A stretch of 63,095 nucleotides of DNA, filler included, from Octopus bimaculoides (lineage: Eukaryota), in assembly GCF_001194135.2 (NCBI RefSeq). It is 7 parts of 7 records of this genome, joined end to end, with 100 filler letters (N's around TTAATTAATTAA, not from the genome) between each part and the next. Parts side by side here need not be neighbours in the genome. Positions count along the whole stretch, not along the records: positions 37,980 to 51,165 come from NC_068991.1; 6 more parts are not named here. One strand, given 5' to 3'. The notes under the pieces were generated by a model. It had not been told where the DNA came from. It saw only the letters and a program-made list of their open reading frames with translations, and made no database searches. Positions 39,569 through 50,925 of the stretch are shown here, one piece after another. The position numbers and the translations under genes were made by a program. Every line of letters starts with the position of its first letter. Position 1 is the stretch's first letter.

Positions 39569-39984
39569 AGTAATATGAGCCAAGTAATGTTATAAAGAAA
39601 GTGAAGAGAACTGAATAGGTTAAGCTGAATAAGTAGTTTCTATATATATTATACTTAAAGTCAACTATTTTCCCATTACTCGTAAGTTATATGCTGCAGT
39701 GAAACAATAATTTTTTCAGATGCGTTATAAACAATAAGCTCAACCATTTGTTTATTTACATAGTATCTGAAAGACTGTCATTCATTGTGAATTTTAACTT
39801 TAAGTAATGGAAAAGAGGTCAACGTTAATAATAATATGATATAATAAATAATATAATATGATATACATATATGAGTGTGTGCATGAGTGTGTGTATGTGT
39901 GTGTGTGTGAGTGTGTGTGTGTGTGTGTATGTGTGTGTGTATGTATATAATATAATATAAATATAATATCTCTTGCTTTCTCTG

Positions 39985-40137
<153 letters not shown>

Positions 40138-40140
40138 TTC

Positions 40141-40327
40141 ATTTCATTTCAAAGTTTCAGCTCAGAGCTGCGGCCATGCTGATGCACCACCGTGTAAAAC
40201 GTGTGCGATGCTTACAGCATTTAGGGTTCCCAAGCGGTCACCCATCTATGTACTCACTAGGATCGACGTTGCTTAACTTCGGTGATCGGACGAGAACCGG
40301 TGCTCTAAGCGTGATATGGCCGTAAAC
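40141..40327 (-). mobile_element. 5S rRNA-headed SINE3-like element
   Basis: Full-length 5S-like head fused to GGTGGTGCATCAGCATGGCCGCAGCTCTGAGCTGAAAC tail and (GAAAT)n. Confidence 0.7.
40209..40327 (-). pseudogene. 5S rRNA-derived sequence, about 119 nt
   Basis: GTTTACGGCCATATCACG..CACCGGTTCTCGTCCGATCACCGAAGTTAAGCAACGTCG..GATGGGTGACCGCTTGGGAA..GCTGTAAGC; box A and box C recognisable, 3' half diverged. Confidence 0.9.
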
Positions 40328-40417
40328 ATATACCCATTTCTAGTATAAAACATGGAGATAAATGATGATATATAAACATAAACAAATACACTCTTACATA
40401 CACGTACACACACATAA

Positions 40418-40451
<34 letters not shown>

Positions 40452-41233
40452 CGTACGTACGTACGTACGCATGTATGTCTGTATGTATATATGCATGTAT
40501 GTATGCCTGTATGCCTGCATGTGTGTATGTATGCATATATGTATGCATGTATGTATGTATGCATGTATGTATGTATATGTATATACAGAGACATACCTGT
40601 TTGACAGGTATAAAGATATAAAGGAAGGCTAAGTGTCTTCTTCATGTTAATTATTCAATGAAACCGAGATCTCGGGTCACAATTTCTCCTTAAATGTTCT
40701 CCAACATAAAAGAGCTTCCTCTGCTTGTTCATTGATACGGACATTATCTCCATCTCTCTGATGAAGGATTGGCATTTTAATGACGACTCTTTCCTTTAGA
40801 GCTGTCTACTAGCTATCATTAGTCACAGCTCATTAGAAATATTTAACTTAATGCGTTGTTACTCTCTCACTGTTTTAACTCAATTATATATGATGTCTAA
40901 TCTTAACACTGCTTCAATACTTCCATTGTGACAGCAGCAAATACCAGCTTCCTTGTTTTTGTTGTTACTTTACCTCAAGTTAGACTTGACCCACCCATCT
41001 TTTTATATATGCCTAGGACAGCATTATTTAATCTGTCCATTTTTTTTTAAGACTATAGCATATGATTTTCGGGAGATTTGGCTGCTATTCAAAAATCCTT
41101 ATAAGCAAATGCTTCACATTAAACCCAGAAACTAACTCTGGTTTACCTTCAGCAAAAAGTGTTCAGTATGTTTCTGTAGTTCAAGAAACAACTAGCATTG
41201 TGAATAAAGAAACAAAATATTAATTTTGCCCAC

Positions 41234-41402
41234 GGGCATATGGCGTAGTGGTTAAGAGCGTGGGCTACTAACCCCAAGATTCCGAGTTCAACTCCAAGCA
41301 GTGACCTGAATAATAATAGTAATAATAATAATAATAATAAAAATAATAATAATAACAACATCAAAAAATACCTTAGGAATGAGAACCCAGATTTGAATTT
41401 AG
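41234..41402 (+). mobile_element. tRNA-like head with internal (AAT)n, truncated by a SINE-B insertion
   Basis: A box TGGCGTAGTGG, B box GAGTTCAACTCC; acceptor and anticodon stems non-canonical. Confidence 0.65.
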
Positions 41403-41405
41403 GTA

Positions 41406-41830
41406 GGCATAGGAGTGGCTGTGTGGTAAGTAGCTTGCTTACGAACCACATGGTTCCGGGTTCAGTCTCACTGCACGGCACCTTGGGCAAGTGTCTTCCA
41501 CTATAGCCTCGGGCCGACCAAAGCTTTGTAAGTGGATTTGGTAGACAGAAACTGAAAGAAGCCCGTCGTATATATGTATATATGTATATATGTATGTGTG
41601 TGTATATGTTGTGTATCTGTGTTTGTCCCCACCAACATTGCTTGACAACCAATGCTGGTGTGTTTACGTCCCTGTAACTTAGCGGTTCGGCCAAAGAGAC
41701 CGATAGAATAAGTACTGAGCTTACAAAGAATAAGTCCTGGGGCCGATTTGCTCAACTAAAAGGCAGTGCTCCAGCATGACCACAGTCAAATAACTGAAAC
41801 AAGTAAAAGAGTAAAAGAGTAATAAGATAA
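41406..41830 (+). mobile_element. full-length tRNA-SINE family B (OK-type, name unverified)
   Basis: Head GGCATAGGAGTGGCTGTGTGGTAAG, B-box-like GGTTCAGTCTC, core, internal TA/TG microsatellite, CAGTCAAATAACTG tail with (GTAAAAGA)n. Confidence 0.9.
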
Positions 41831-41964
41831 AAGGACAAATATACATAAGCAAAGGTGTGGATCATGGGCACAGATGTGGCTGTGTGACTGAGAAAATCTG
41901 CTTACCCACCATCTGGTCCCATTGTGCAGCACCACAAGCAAGTGTCTTCTGCTATACAGAATAT

Positions 41965-42490
41965 ATCATCATCATCATCGTTGTTTAATGTCTGCTTTCC
42001 ATACTGGCATAGGTTGGACAGCTTGACTGAGGGCTGGCAAGCCAATAGTCTGCACCAGGCTCCAATCTGATTTGACAAGGCTTCTACAGCTGGATGCCCT
42101 TCCTAACGCCAACCTCTCCAAGAGTGTAGTGGGTGCTTTTTATGTGCCACTGGCACAGGAGCCAGTCATGTGGCACTGGCATTGGTCACAGCTACGATTT
42201 CACTTGGTTCAACTGGTTTTAACAAGTATGACATATTGCTTTTAAATGAGCCAGTTATACGACACTGGCATTGGCCACTGCTATGATCTCACTTGGCTTG
42301 CCAGGTCTTCTCAAGCACAGCCTATCTCTATCTCCGAAGGTCTTGGTCGTTTGTCATTGCCTCTGTGTGGCTCAATGTTCAAAGGTCGTGCTTCACCACC
42401 TCATCCCATGTTTTCCTGGGTCTACCTCCTCCACAGGTTCCCTCCACTGTTAGGATGTGACACTTCTTCACGCAGCTGTCCTCATCCATA
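41965..42490 (-). mobile_element. RTE LINE 3' end (ORF terminus, UTR and GAT tail)
   Basis: DEDSCVKKCHILTVEGTCGGGRPRKTWDEVVKHDL followed by the UTR; this copy identifies the UTR family as RTE. Confidence 0.88.
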
Positions 42491-42518
42491 TGCAGCACAC
42501 ACACACAAACATATACAT

Positions 42519-42612
<94 letters not shown>

Positions 42613-42629
42613 CTATATATTTATTTATC

Positions 42630-42935
42630 TTTATGCACCCTTTTAAAGCCTAGCGAGGCTCATGGGCCCAGTTTCCCGGTTTCTATAGTGCGTGTGTTCC
42701 CCCCAGCTGGACTGGACGCCAGTCCATCGCAGTGTTACTTAAGAAACAGGAAGAAAGAGTAAAAGAAAGTTGGGACAAAAGAGTACAACAGGGGTCGCCA
42801 CCACCCCCTGCTAGAGCCTCGTGGAGCTTCAGGTGTTTGCGCTCAATAAACATACATAACACCCGGTCTGGGAATTGAAACCGCGATCCTCCGACTGCGA
42901 GTCCGCTGCCCTATCCGCTGGGCCATTGCGCCTCC
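42630..42935 (-). mobile_element. SINE with family-C head but V-domain-like body and a different tail
   Basis: First ~150 nt match family C, then GTAACACTGCGATGGACTGGCGTCCAGTCCAG..GAAACCGGGAAACTGG. Confidence 0.8.
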
Positions 42936-43009
42936 ACATGTCTATATATATATGTATATATATGTATAAGTATATTAGTGTGTGTGTGTGTGTGTGTGTG
43001 TATGTATAT

Positions 43010-43200
43010 TTGTGTTTGTGCTTGTTCCCACCATTGCTTGACAATTGGTGTTGGTTTGTTTAAATCCCCATCACTGTAACTTAGCAGTTCAGCAAAAACG
43101 ACTAATAGAATAAGTATCAGGCTTTAAAAAAATAAACTAGACCATCCAAGGCAGTGCTCCAGCATGGCTGCAGTCCAGTAACAGAAACAAGTAAAAGATA
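43010..43200 (+). mobile_element. SINE family B 3' half
   Basis: GCTTGACAATTGGTGTTGG..GGCAGTGCTCCAGCATGGCTGCAGTCC tail. Confidence 0.75.
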
Positions 43201-44384
43201 GAAAGCAAATATACTGATATTTTACTAACTCATTAAAATCATTAGATCTTTCTTCTTTGGCTCATTTTTAATACCAGAAGGTGATGGTTTGCAGAAACTG
43301 TTTTTTTTTTGGATCGAATGCCAGGTGGTTGCAAGTTTGGTCCTGTTATCTTCCATTTTCAAAACCCAATAGTGTTGACTTTGTCTTTCATCCTTCCAAG
43401 GCTGATAAACAATGAGTTACAAGTCAGATCCTGGAATCAAATCAGTTTTGCCTCTTCTAAATTGTGTGGTCTTGTGCCAAATTTAGAAGTCATTATTTTC
43501 ATTGTCTTGTTTTCAGAGTAAAAGATTACCATTCTTATGGGGAATATAAATGACTTTTCTATGGAAAAGCCTTTATTCACGTGAACATTTTCCCTAGCTT
43601 TACCATATATCAATACGCCATCCACCAGCTTGATCTTATACATATAGTATTCCTTTCAGCATTCACAAAATAACTAAGTTATAAGGTTCAAAATATTGCC
43701 CATCTTTCTACAAACTGAATACTTTTTAGAAATCAATAAACATAAATATTACTGGCTTCTACTATTCTGGACAGATTTTATGTTTGTGTTTTAATAAATA
43801 TATCTGCTTTATGCTGTTGAATTTCATTGTAAATCATTTTGATCTGTATCAGTGAAGGCCGTTGTATATTTTAGTGCAATGATTGATAAGAAAGTTGCTT
43901 CTTATCAGTTCTTCACATCAGTTAAAATTTACTCCTTTCTCCAGAAGCGCTGTTAATAATGCTTTTTTTTTCTCTATTCAGTAACCATAGATCCAGTTTC
44001 TTCTACTTCATGGAAACTATTTCATCAATCATTACTCCATTAGCAGTGTGTATTGGAAAATGTATGAAACACACACACATAGATTGACTCATAACTTTAG
44101 CGTTAAATTGTATTGCTGTATGATGCAGTTGTAGCATTGTAAAGTTATTGTTTCTGATAATTTTCAAATCTCCTCAAGTGAGACATAGGAGAGAATTGAA
44201 ATTAGGGTTAGCACTCCACCTTTTTATATCAGTTTTATCTGGGGGGAAGAGCCTGTGTCCACTGCCTTCATAGGACACCTAAAACTGGTGAGATTGATGC
44301 ATTTAAAGTCCCTCTTACTCTACTTATTTGTGCTTGTGGTGGCATTCACCTGGAGCGGGTTGAGCCAGCTCTGACTAATTACAG

Positions 44385-44565
44385 GTAAGTTCAACACCAT
44401 CAATTCACCATGAAGAAAGTTCACCATGAGGAAAGTTCACCGTGAAAAAAGTTTACCAAGAAAATATACCTATAGTATCTCACCATTAATAGTTAAAAAA
44501 CTATTTTATTTAAAAAAGTAATGGTGAATTGATGATGGTGGGGAATTGATAACAGTGAACTTACT
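44385..44565. mobile_element. MITE-like element with subterminal AAAGTTCACC repeats
   Basis: GTAAGTTCA..CATCAATTCACCAT / ATGGTGAATTGATG..TGAACTTAC inverted ends; four ~16-nt tandem AAAGTTCACC units. Confidence 0.55.
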
Positions 44566-45674
44566 AGACATGGCTCTGACCAATGAATTCACTGTGTCCC
44601 TCATGAATGCTGGCCACATCCAACGGCCAACCCTAACGTCCCAGCCAGCAAGGTAATGCTTCTGCCTGGTGGCCAAATATCCAGCATGCAAATTTGACAA
44701 ATGATCCACTGAGTGAGCAGATACAGTGCAGATACCATAGCCATAGTCATCATTTATTGTTGAGGTGTAGAGTTCATGTTCAGAGTCCCAATGGGAATAA
44801 AGTTCACATGTGGTCCTTGGTCACATGCATACACAGTTTGGGATAGTGTGATCCATAGCAGATCATCTTGCCATCGACTGTCGACCATCACAGAGGATTC
44901 ACTGACCAAGTCACCACTGATTATATGGGAAGATATAGCCTTAAAGTCCCTTTTGAGCAGTAGTGACCTGACAGCTACAGAAATATGTGGATGATGGTGG
45001 GAATTCCAGAGGGATGATGTTTTGAAGAGAAAGAACTCAGCATCTCAGGAGCATAGCTAGAGGTGGGGGCGAGTGGGTAGTCCATCTGGAGTGAAGCTTT
45101 TATGGTGGGTGGGCAATTTTGGGTCTGCAATATAAGCCTGTATCAGCTGTACTGGCATTGGAAGATGGGTTGGGTGGGTTCACTAGCTATGTTACTTCAG
45201 TGTATAGGTCATTATATGGGTTGAGGGTGTTGGACACAGTATAGGTAATGAAAGAAGAAGAGGTGAATGGATTGGGAGTGCCTGAATAGACCTGATTCAG
45301 GACCAGCCAGCTCTGAAGATAAGAAGTCACTATGGAAGCAACAGAAAAGATGGCCAAGCTTGTTTCAAGCTAATTAAATGATCTTTTAGAGTTTGCTTGA
45401 CTGGCGAGAATGTTTGCTAAAGGAACTGAAAGTATGCTCGTTAAAAAGATCATTGTATATAATTACGCTGTAATCAACATCATCATCATCATCATCATCA
45501 TCATCATTTTAACATTCACTTTTTCATGCCTGCATGGGTCAAACAAAGTAGTCTGAGGCAACCCACACTTGTTTCCAAGCAAGGTAATAATATCTCCAGT
45601 GTCTCTGCAGCAATGAATGGCAACTCTTGAATGACAGACTCTAATTTACAAGTATCACATGATGTCAAGATACA

Positions 45675-45710
<36 letters not shown>

Positions 45711-46029
45711 TTTACTGTGGTATTCGCCCAGAGATAATATCTCTTATGGACGTGCTGTGTTAAAATCCACAAATATACCAGTAGCAGATGAAAATCATCT
45801 GGCAGCTGTGGTAAGAATGTTAGAAATGCATTTCTGCTTCATTGCACTTCGTCAGTACCATGTCAGTACTGACTGCAAACCATATGCTAAGACCAAATCC
45901 ATTGCTACTGACATAGAAAAACACAGTGATTGAACAATCACTTGCACTTTGATTACCCACCTGGCTGAATAAAAATTTGTTATGTGCTACAGTAGCAGAG
46001 TTAGATTAAAGTAGCCATCTGTGCATCAC

Positions 46030-46045
46030 AACAATCATCATCATC

Positions 46046-46079
<34 letters not shown>

Positions 46080-46262
46080 GCAGCGGCAGCATCAGCACCA
46101 GCACCACCGCCGCCACCGCTGTAACCACCACTACTACCATCATCACCACCACTAGCACCATCACTACCATCACCGCCGCCACTAAAACTATCACCACCAA
46201 CAACAGCAACATTTTTACTATCACCTTCATTCACTTTCAAAACCACCTACCACCACCACCAC
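46030..46262. repeat. compound CAT/CAG/CAC trinucleotide array
   Basis: Direct reading; runs into an N gap. Confidence 0.9.
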
Positions 46263-47084
46263 NNNNNNNNNNNNNNNNNNNNNNNNNNNNNNNNNNNNNN
46301 NNNNNNNNNNNNNNNNNNNNNNNNNNNNNNNNNNNNNNNNNNNNNNNNNNNNNNNNNNNNNNNNNNNNNNNNNNNNNNNNNNNNNNNNNNNNNNNNNNNN
46401 NNNNNNNNNNNNNNNNNNNNNNNNNNNNNNNNNNNNNNNNNNNNNNNNNNNNNNNNNNNNNNNNNNNNNNNNNNNNNNNNNNNNNNNNNNNNNNNNNNNN
46501 NNNNNNNNNNNNNNNNNNNNNNNNNNNNNNNNNNNNNNNNNNNNNNNNNNNNNNNNNNNNNNNNNNNNNNNNNNNNNNNNNNNNNNNNNNNNNNNNNNNN
46601 NNNNNNNNNNNNNNNNNNNNNNNNNNNNNNNNNNNNNNNNNNNNNNNNNNNNNNNNNNNNNNNNNNNNNNNNNNNNNNNNNNNNNNNNNNNNNNNNNNNN
46701 NNNNNNNNNNNNNNNNNNNNNNNNNNNNNNNNNNNNNNNNNNNNNNNNNNNNNNNTAACTAGTAATAATTTAATTACTTAATTATTAACATATGAGTTAA
46801 TTAGACAATTTTATAATGGATGAGCTTATACAAGATTAATTAATAGCATTTAGTCAGAAATGAAACAATTACAAGGTTATAAATTGCAAAGAATTCTGAA
46901 AAGTTTGTCTTGCTTATATCAACACTAAAATTGTTATCAGATAAAACCGACACATTAATGAGCCAAAGACTCAACTTTAGCCTCTTTAATTAACTAAAAA
47001 TTATAATTAATAGAAGTTTCAATCACATACCAGGACTAAATATTTATAATTAAAAAAAAAAAAAAATTATTTGTTGTTTGTTCA

Positions 47085-47460
47085 GGTGTGGCTATGTGGT
47101 TAAGAAGATTGTCTTGCAGTTATGTGGTCTTGGGTTCAATTTCACTGGACATGTGTTTTCTACTATGGCCCTGGGCCAAGCAAAATTACCTCATGACTGG
47201 ATATGGTAAACTGAAACTGAAGCAAGCCATTGTAAAATGCGCCTGAACTAGTGTCATGTAAGATGCACCATGCCGGTGCCAAATAAAATTCACCTGTGTT
47301 GGTGCCATGTATAAAGCACCCAGTACACTCTGTAAAGTGGTTGGTGTTAGGAAGGGCATCCAACCATAGAAACCAATTGAAGCTGTGCAACTCTCTGGCT
47401 GGCCAGTTTCTGTCAAACTGTCCAACCCATGCTAGCATGGAAAATGGACAATAAGGTGAT
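47085..47460 (+). mobile_element. decayed SINE-B head followed by RTE 3' UTR
   Basis: GTGTGGCTATGTGGTTAAGAAG head; TTAGGAAGGGCATCC..CCAACCCATGCTAGCATGGAAAATGGAC. Confidence 0.7.
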
Positions 47461-47572
47461 GATGATGATGAGGGTAGTGGTGGTGGTGGTGGTGATGGTG
47501 GTGGCGGCAGCAGTGGCAATTGTAGTGATGGTGAAGATGATGATGATGATGATGATGTTGGTAATGGTATAC

Positions 47573-47625
<53 letters not shown>

Positions 47626-47695
47626 GGTGGTGGTGGTGGTGGTAGTTGTGGCAATTGTAGTGATGGTGAAGATGATGATGTTGGTAATGGCATAT

Positions 47696-47730
<35 letters not shown>

Positions 47731-47802
47731 AGTGGTGGTGGCAATTGTAGTGATGGTGAAGATGATGATGATGTTGGTAATGGCGTACATGATCATGATG
47801 AA

Positions 47803-47839
<37 letters not shown>

Positions 47840-47850
47840 ATGATGATGAT
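47455..47850. repeat. GAT/GGT array with a thrice-repeated higher-order unit
   Basis: GTGGCAATTGTAGTGATGGTGAAGATGATG..TTGGTAATGG at about 47513, 47648 and 47738. Confidence 0.9.
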
Positions 47851-48423
47851 ATATGTCCTTACTGGAATTAGTTCTTTGTACTATTTTGTAGCTACATGTT
47901 GTCACTATTTCTTTAGTCTGATGTAGTTACTTGCAGTAACAATTTGGTGGATTCCCAAGCAGCATTTATATTCTTAACACCGTGGACACAGCCAGATTGA
48001 ATGTTACTGCTCAAGTGTCGAAACCATAGTGATATCCGCTTAGACAGCTGATGATGGGAATACACATATGTTATGCTCAATTGTGAATCTCTTATATCTT
48101 AGTCTCATTGTGCTTCATTTTTGTTAAGTGGAAAATGTTTGTGGAGTCATAGTTTGTGGGGATCACGTACTTTGGAATTAGTTTAGTTTTCTTTTCATAG
48201 GTAACCTTATGAGGCTTGGATAATGCTTAAATATTGGGGTCTAAATCTTGAGCGGTTCTGTGGCATATATGTAACCATTACCTTTCACTTGTTTCAGTCA
48301 TTTGATTGTGGCCATGCTGGGGCACTGCCTTGAAACAAGAAAGTTGGACTGTAGAGACTATGGGAATCAATCCCACTCTTTCTACCCTAACAATAGATGT
48401 GGTACCAACACATCAACAGCATA

Positions 48424-48472
<49 letters not shown>

Positions 48473-48551
48473 NNNNNNNNNNNNNNNNNNNNNNNNNNNN
48501 NNNNNNNNNNNNNNNNNNNNNNNNNNNNNNNNNNNNNNNNNNNNNNNNNNN

Positions 48552-48586
<35 letters not shown>

Positions 48587-48666
48587 ATATTATTATATGT
48601 ATTTATTTTCTCCTAATTAATAAATAACTCGGACAAAATAAACACATATGTTAACTGCATACTTTT

Positions 48667-48753
48667 ATTTCCAACATATGTTTCGAAGATTACAAATTAT
48701 ACCGTCCATAGGAATCGGTGATGTTAAGAATGTAATCTTCTCTTCAGGGAAAT
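48667..48753 (-). ncRNA. type I hammerhead ribozyme motif (HHR-3), all helices intact
   Basis: AUUUCC-CUGAAGA-GAAGAUUACA(36 nt)UGUAAUCUUC-GAAA-CAUAUG-UU/GGAAAU; 6-bp stem I, 10-bp stem II, palindromic stem III. Confidence 0.85.
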
Positions 48754-48760
48754 GCATGGG

Positions 48761-48846
48761 AACCAGCTTAAACGTAAGACATTTTAACCGAATATGAGAA
48801 CTGTAGTTCTCATATTCAGTTAAAATGTCTTACATTTAAGCTGGTT
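48761..48846. repeat. 86-bp near-perfect palindrome (42-bp arms, 2-nt spacer)
   Basis: AACCAGCTTAAACGTAAGACATTTTAACCGAATATGAGAACT-GT-reverse complement, 40/42 matches. Confidence 0.95.
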
Positions 48847-48849
48847 GTA

Positions 48850-49385
48850 CAACACTGGCATAGGCCATGGTTATGGTCTCACTTGGTTTGCCAGGTCTTC
48901 TCAAGCACAGCGTATCTCCAAAGGCCTCGGTCGCTTGTTATTGTCTCAGTGAGGCCCAATGTTCGAAGGTCGTGCTTCACCACCTCACCCCAGGTCTTCC
49001 TGGGTCTATCTCTTCCACAGGTTCCCTCAACTGCTAAGGTGTGACACTTTTTCCTGCAGCTGTCCTCATCCATTCACAACACATGACCATACCAGCACAG
49101 TCATCTCTCTTGCACACCACATCTAACGTTTTTTAAGTCCAACTTTTCTCTCAGGGCGCTTATACTCTGTCGTGTACGCACACTGACATTACACATTCAG
49201 TGGAGCATATAGGCTTCATTCCTTGCAAGCTTACACATGTCCTCAGCAGTCACGGCCCATGTTTCACTGCCATGCAACATAGCTGTTCGCACGCACGCAT
49301 CATACAGTCTACCTTTTACTCTGATCAAGAAGCCCTTTGTTACCATCAGAAGTAGGAGCTCTCTGAACTTTGCCCAGGCTATCAA
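48850..49385 (-). mobile_element. RTE LINE ORF C-terminal fragment
   Basis: AWAKFRELL..VKGRLYDACVRTAMLHGSETWAV..RRLCWYGHVL..GRDRPRKTWGEVVKHDL..DRGLWRYAV. Confidence 0.9.
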
Positions 49386-49514
49386 CTAAATTAGCATAGA
49401 ATAATAGTTTCATATTTTTTTATAACTAAGATGTAAACTGTTAATTTATGAATGCAAAAGAGATAGTTGAATAACTGTAAACCTACTTTTGGGCCACCTG
49501 TATAAATATATATA

Positions 49515-49675
49515 GATATAATGGGCTTCAATACAGTTTCCATCTACGAAATTCACTCACTAGGTATGGGTTAACCCAAGTTTATATTATAAGATGTTTG
49601 GTCTAGAAGCCACACAATGAGACTAAACCTGAAACCACATGGTTGCAAAGCTAGCTTGTTAACCACACAGCCATG
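49515..49675 (-). mobile_element. decayed SINE-B 5' half
   Basis: GGGCTTCAATACAGTTTCCATCTACGAAATTCACTCAC..AACCACACAGCCATGC. Confidence 0.65.
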
Positions 49676-50557
49676 CTTTAAAAAAATCCCATATTTGTAC
49701 TTTTGACTAGTATTCCACTTACCTCAAAGTTAAAATTATAGTTTATGTGCCAACAGTATCGTAACACCTATGATTTGTCTTTTACAGTTTGGTTCTCTAA
49801 ATGTTTTCTGATAAAATATTTTTAGGCTGGTTCAAATTAAATTGTTTATCTATTTCTAGTAAGAAAAATAAACTTATATAACATTTATTTTAAAGAAACA
49901 ACAGTAATTTTATACTTTTACCAAATATAATATATGGAAAGTAGTGAAAAATGTAGCATGTAGATGTGAATAAAAATACTTAACTTTTCTAAGCTTTGGA
50001 GAATATACTAAATTTTGATGAAGTAAAGATTTAACAGTGTGAAATGATGGTTTGTAAAAGAAAAGATTGTTGTGTGGTCTCCAAAGGACTTGTTTAAGCA
50101 TCTATAATTCATAGAATGAGGCTGGAATAATTTATTGGAGGCCAACAGCTCTGAACTGCTCTGCAAATTAATAGCTGAAGGATATGTGCTGTTATTGAAA
50201 AATTCTTTATTATATATAGTCTGAATAAATCTTCTTTTAATAATCTAGATTTCTACATGTTTTATTACTTATTTTTATGCATTTGCTTTTGGTTGTTTTT
50301 CCTTTTTTTATTTTGCTCTGCATATTTCATTTATGTCTTCTGTGGCTTGATGAAATATTCAAAATTAAACGTTATATTTTAGAAACAAGTCCAGCTGTAA
50401 TGATGCAAAGCAATACATTCTAATCCCACACCAATTTAATATGACTATTCCTTAATTCTTGTATATCAGATTGTTGAGTTCAAACTTGTGTTGCTCAATG
50501 TCATTCCTTATTGATTAATGATACCAAAAACTATATCTGCTGCTCAGCAGTGAATGC

Positions 50558-50559
<2 letters not shown>

Positions 50560-50600
<41 letters not shown>

Positions 50601-50636
50601 CCATCATCGTCGTCGTCGTCGTCGTCATCGTCATCG

Positions 50637-50676
<40 letters not shown>

Positions 50677-50700
50677 TATTATTATTATTATTATTATTAT
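50560..50700. repeat. (CAT)n/(CGT)n/(TAT)n array
   Basis: Direct reading. Confidence 0.95.
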
Positions 50701-50776
50701 CTTCTTTCAATTTTGTTTCCATGTCTTGTCCTTGTAGCAAATAAACGAAACCATCATCATCATCATCATTATTATT

Positions 50777-50925
50777 CCACCGAGGTCGACTTTGCCTTTC
50801 ATCCTTTCGGGGTCAATAAACTAAGTACCAGTTGCATACTGGGATTGATCTAATTGACTGGCCCCCTCCCTACAAATTTTGGGCCTTGTGCCTAGAGTAG
50901 AAAAGATTATTATTATTATTATTAT
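50777..50925 (+). mobile_element. 5'-truncated family-A SINE with (ATT)n tail
   Basis: CCACCGAGGTCGACTTTGCCTTTCATCCTTTCGGGGTC..CCTAGAGTAGAAAAGATTATT. Confidence 0.85.

Noticed and set aside
40209-40327. Functional 5S rRNA gene
   Set aside because: 3' half substitutions disturb the helices, it is solitary, and it is fused to a retroposon tail.
40655-40775. GAAACCGAGATCTCGGGTC palindrome with a downstream CTGATGA
   Set aside because: No consistent stem I or II in any topology.
41234-41308. Functional tRNA gene
   Set aside because: Acceptor and anticodon stems do not pair canonically.
43437-43643. 68-aa non-repetitive minus ORF (MYKIKLVDG..)
   Set aside because: No recognisable motif, partly overlaps a decayed SINE, and no supporting exon chain.
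44400-44470. Short repeats considered as CRISPR-like
   Set aside because: Tandem units without unique spacers, in a eukaryotic context.
44570-44990. Possible very old RTE ORF remnant on minus
   Set aside because: Only faint motif echoes by eye; needs a translated profile search.
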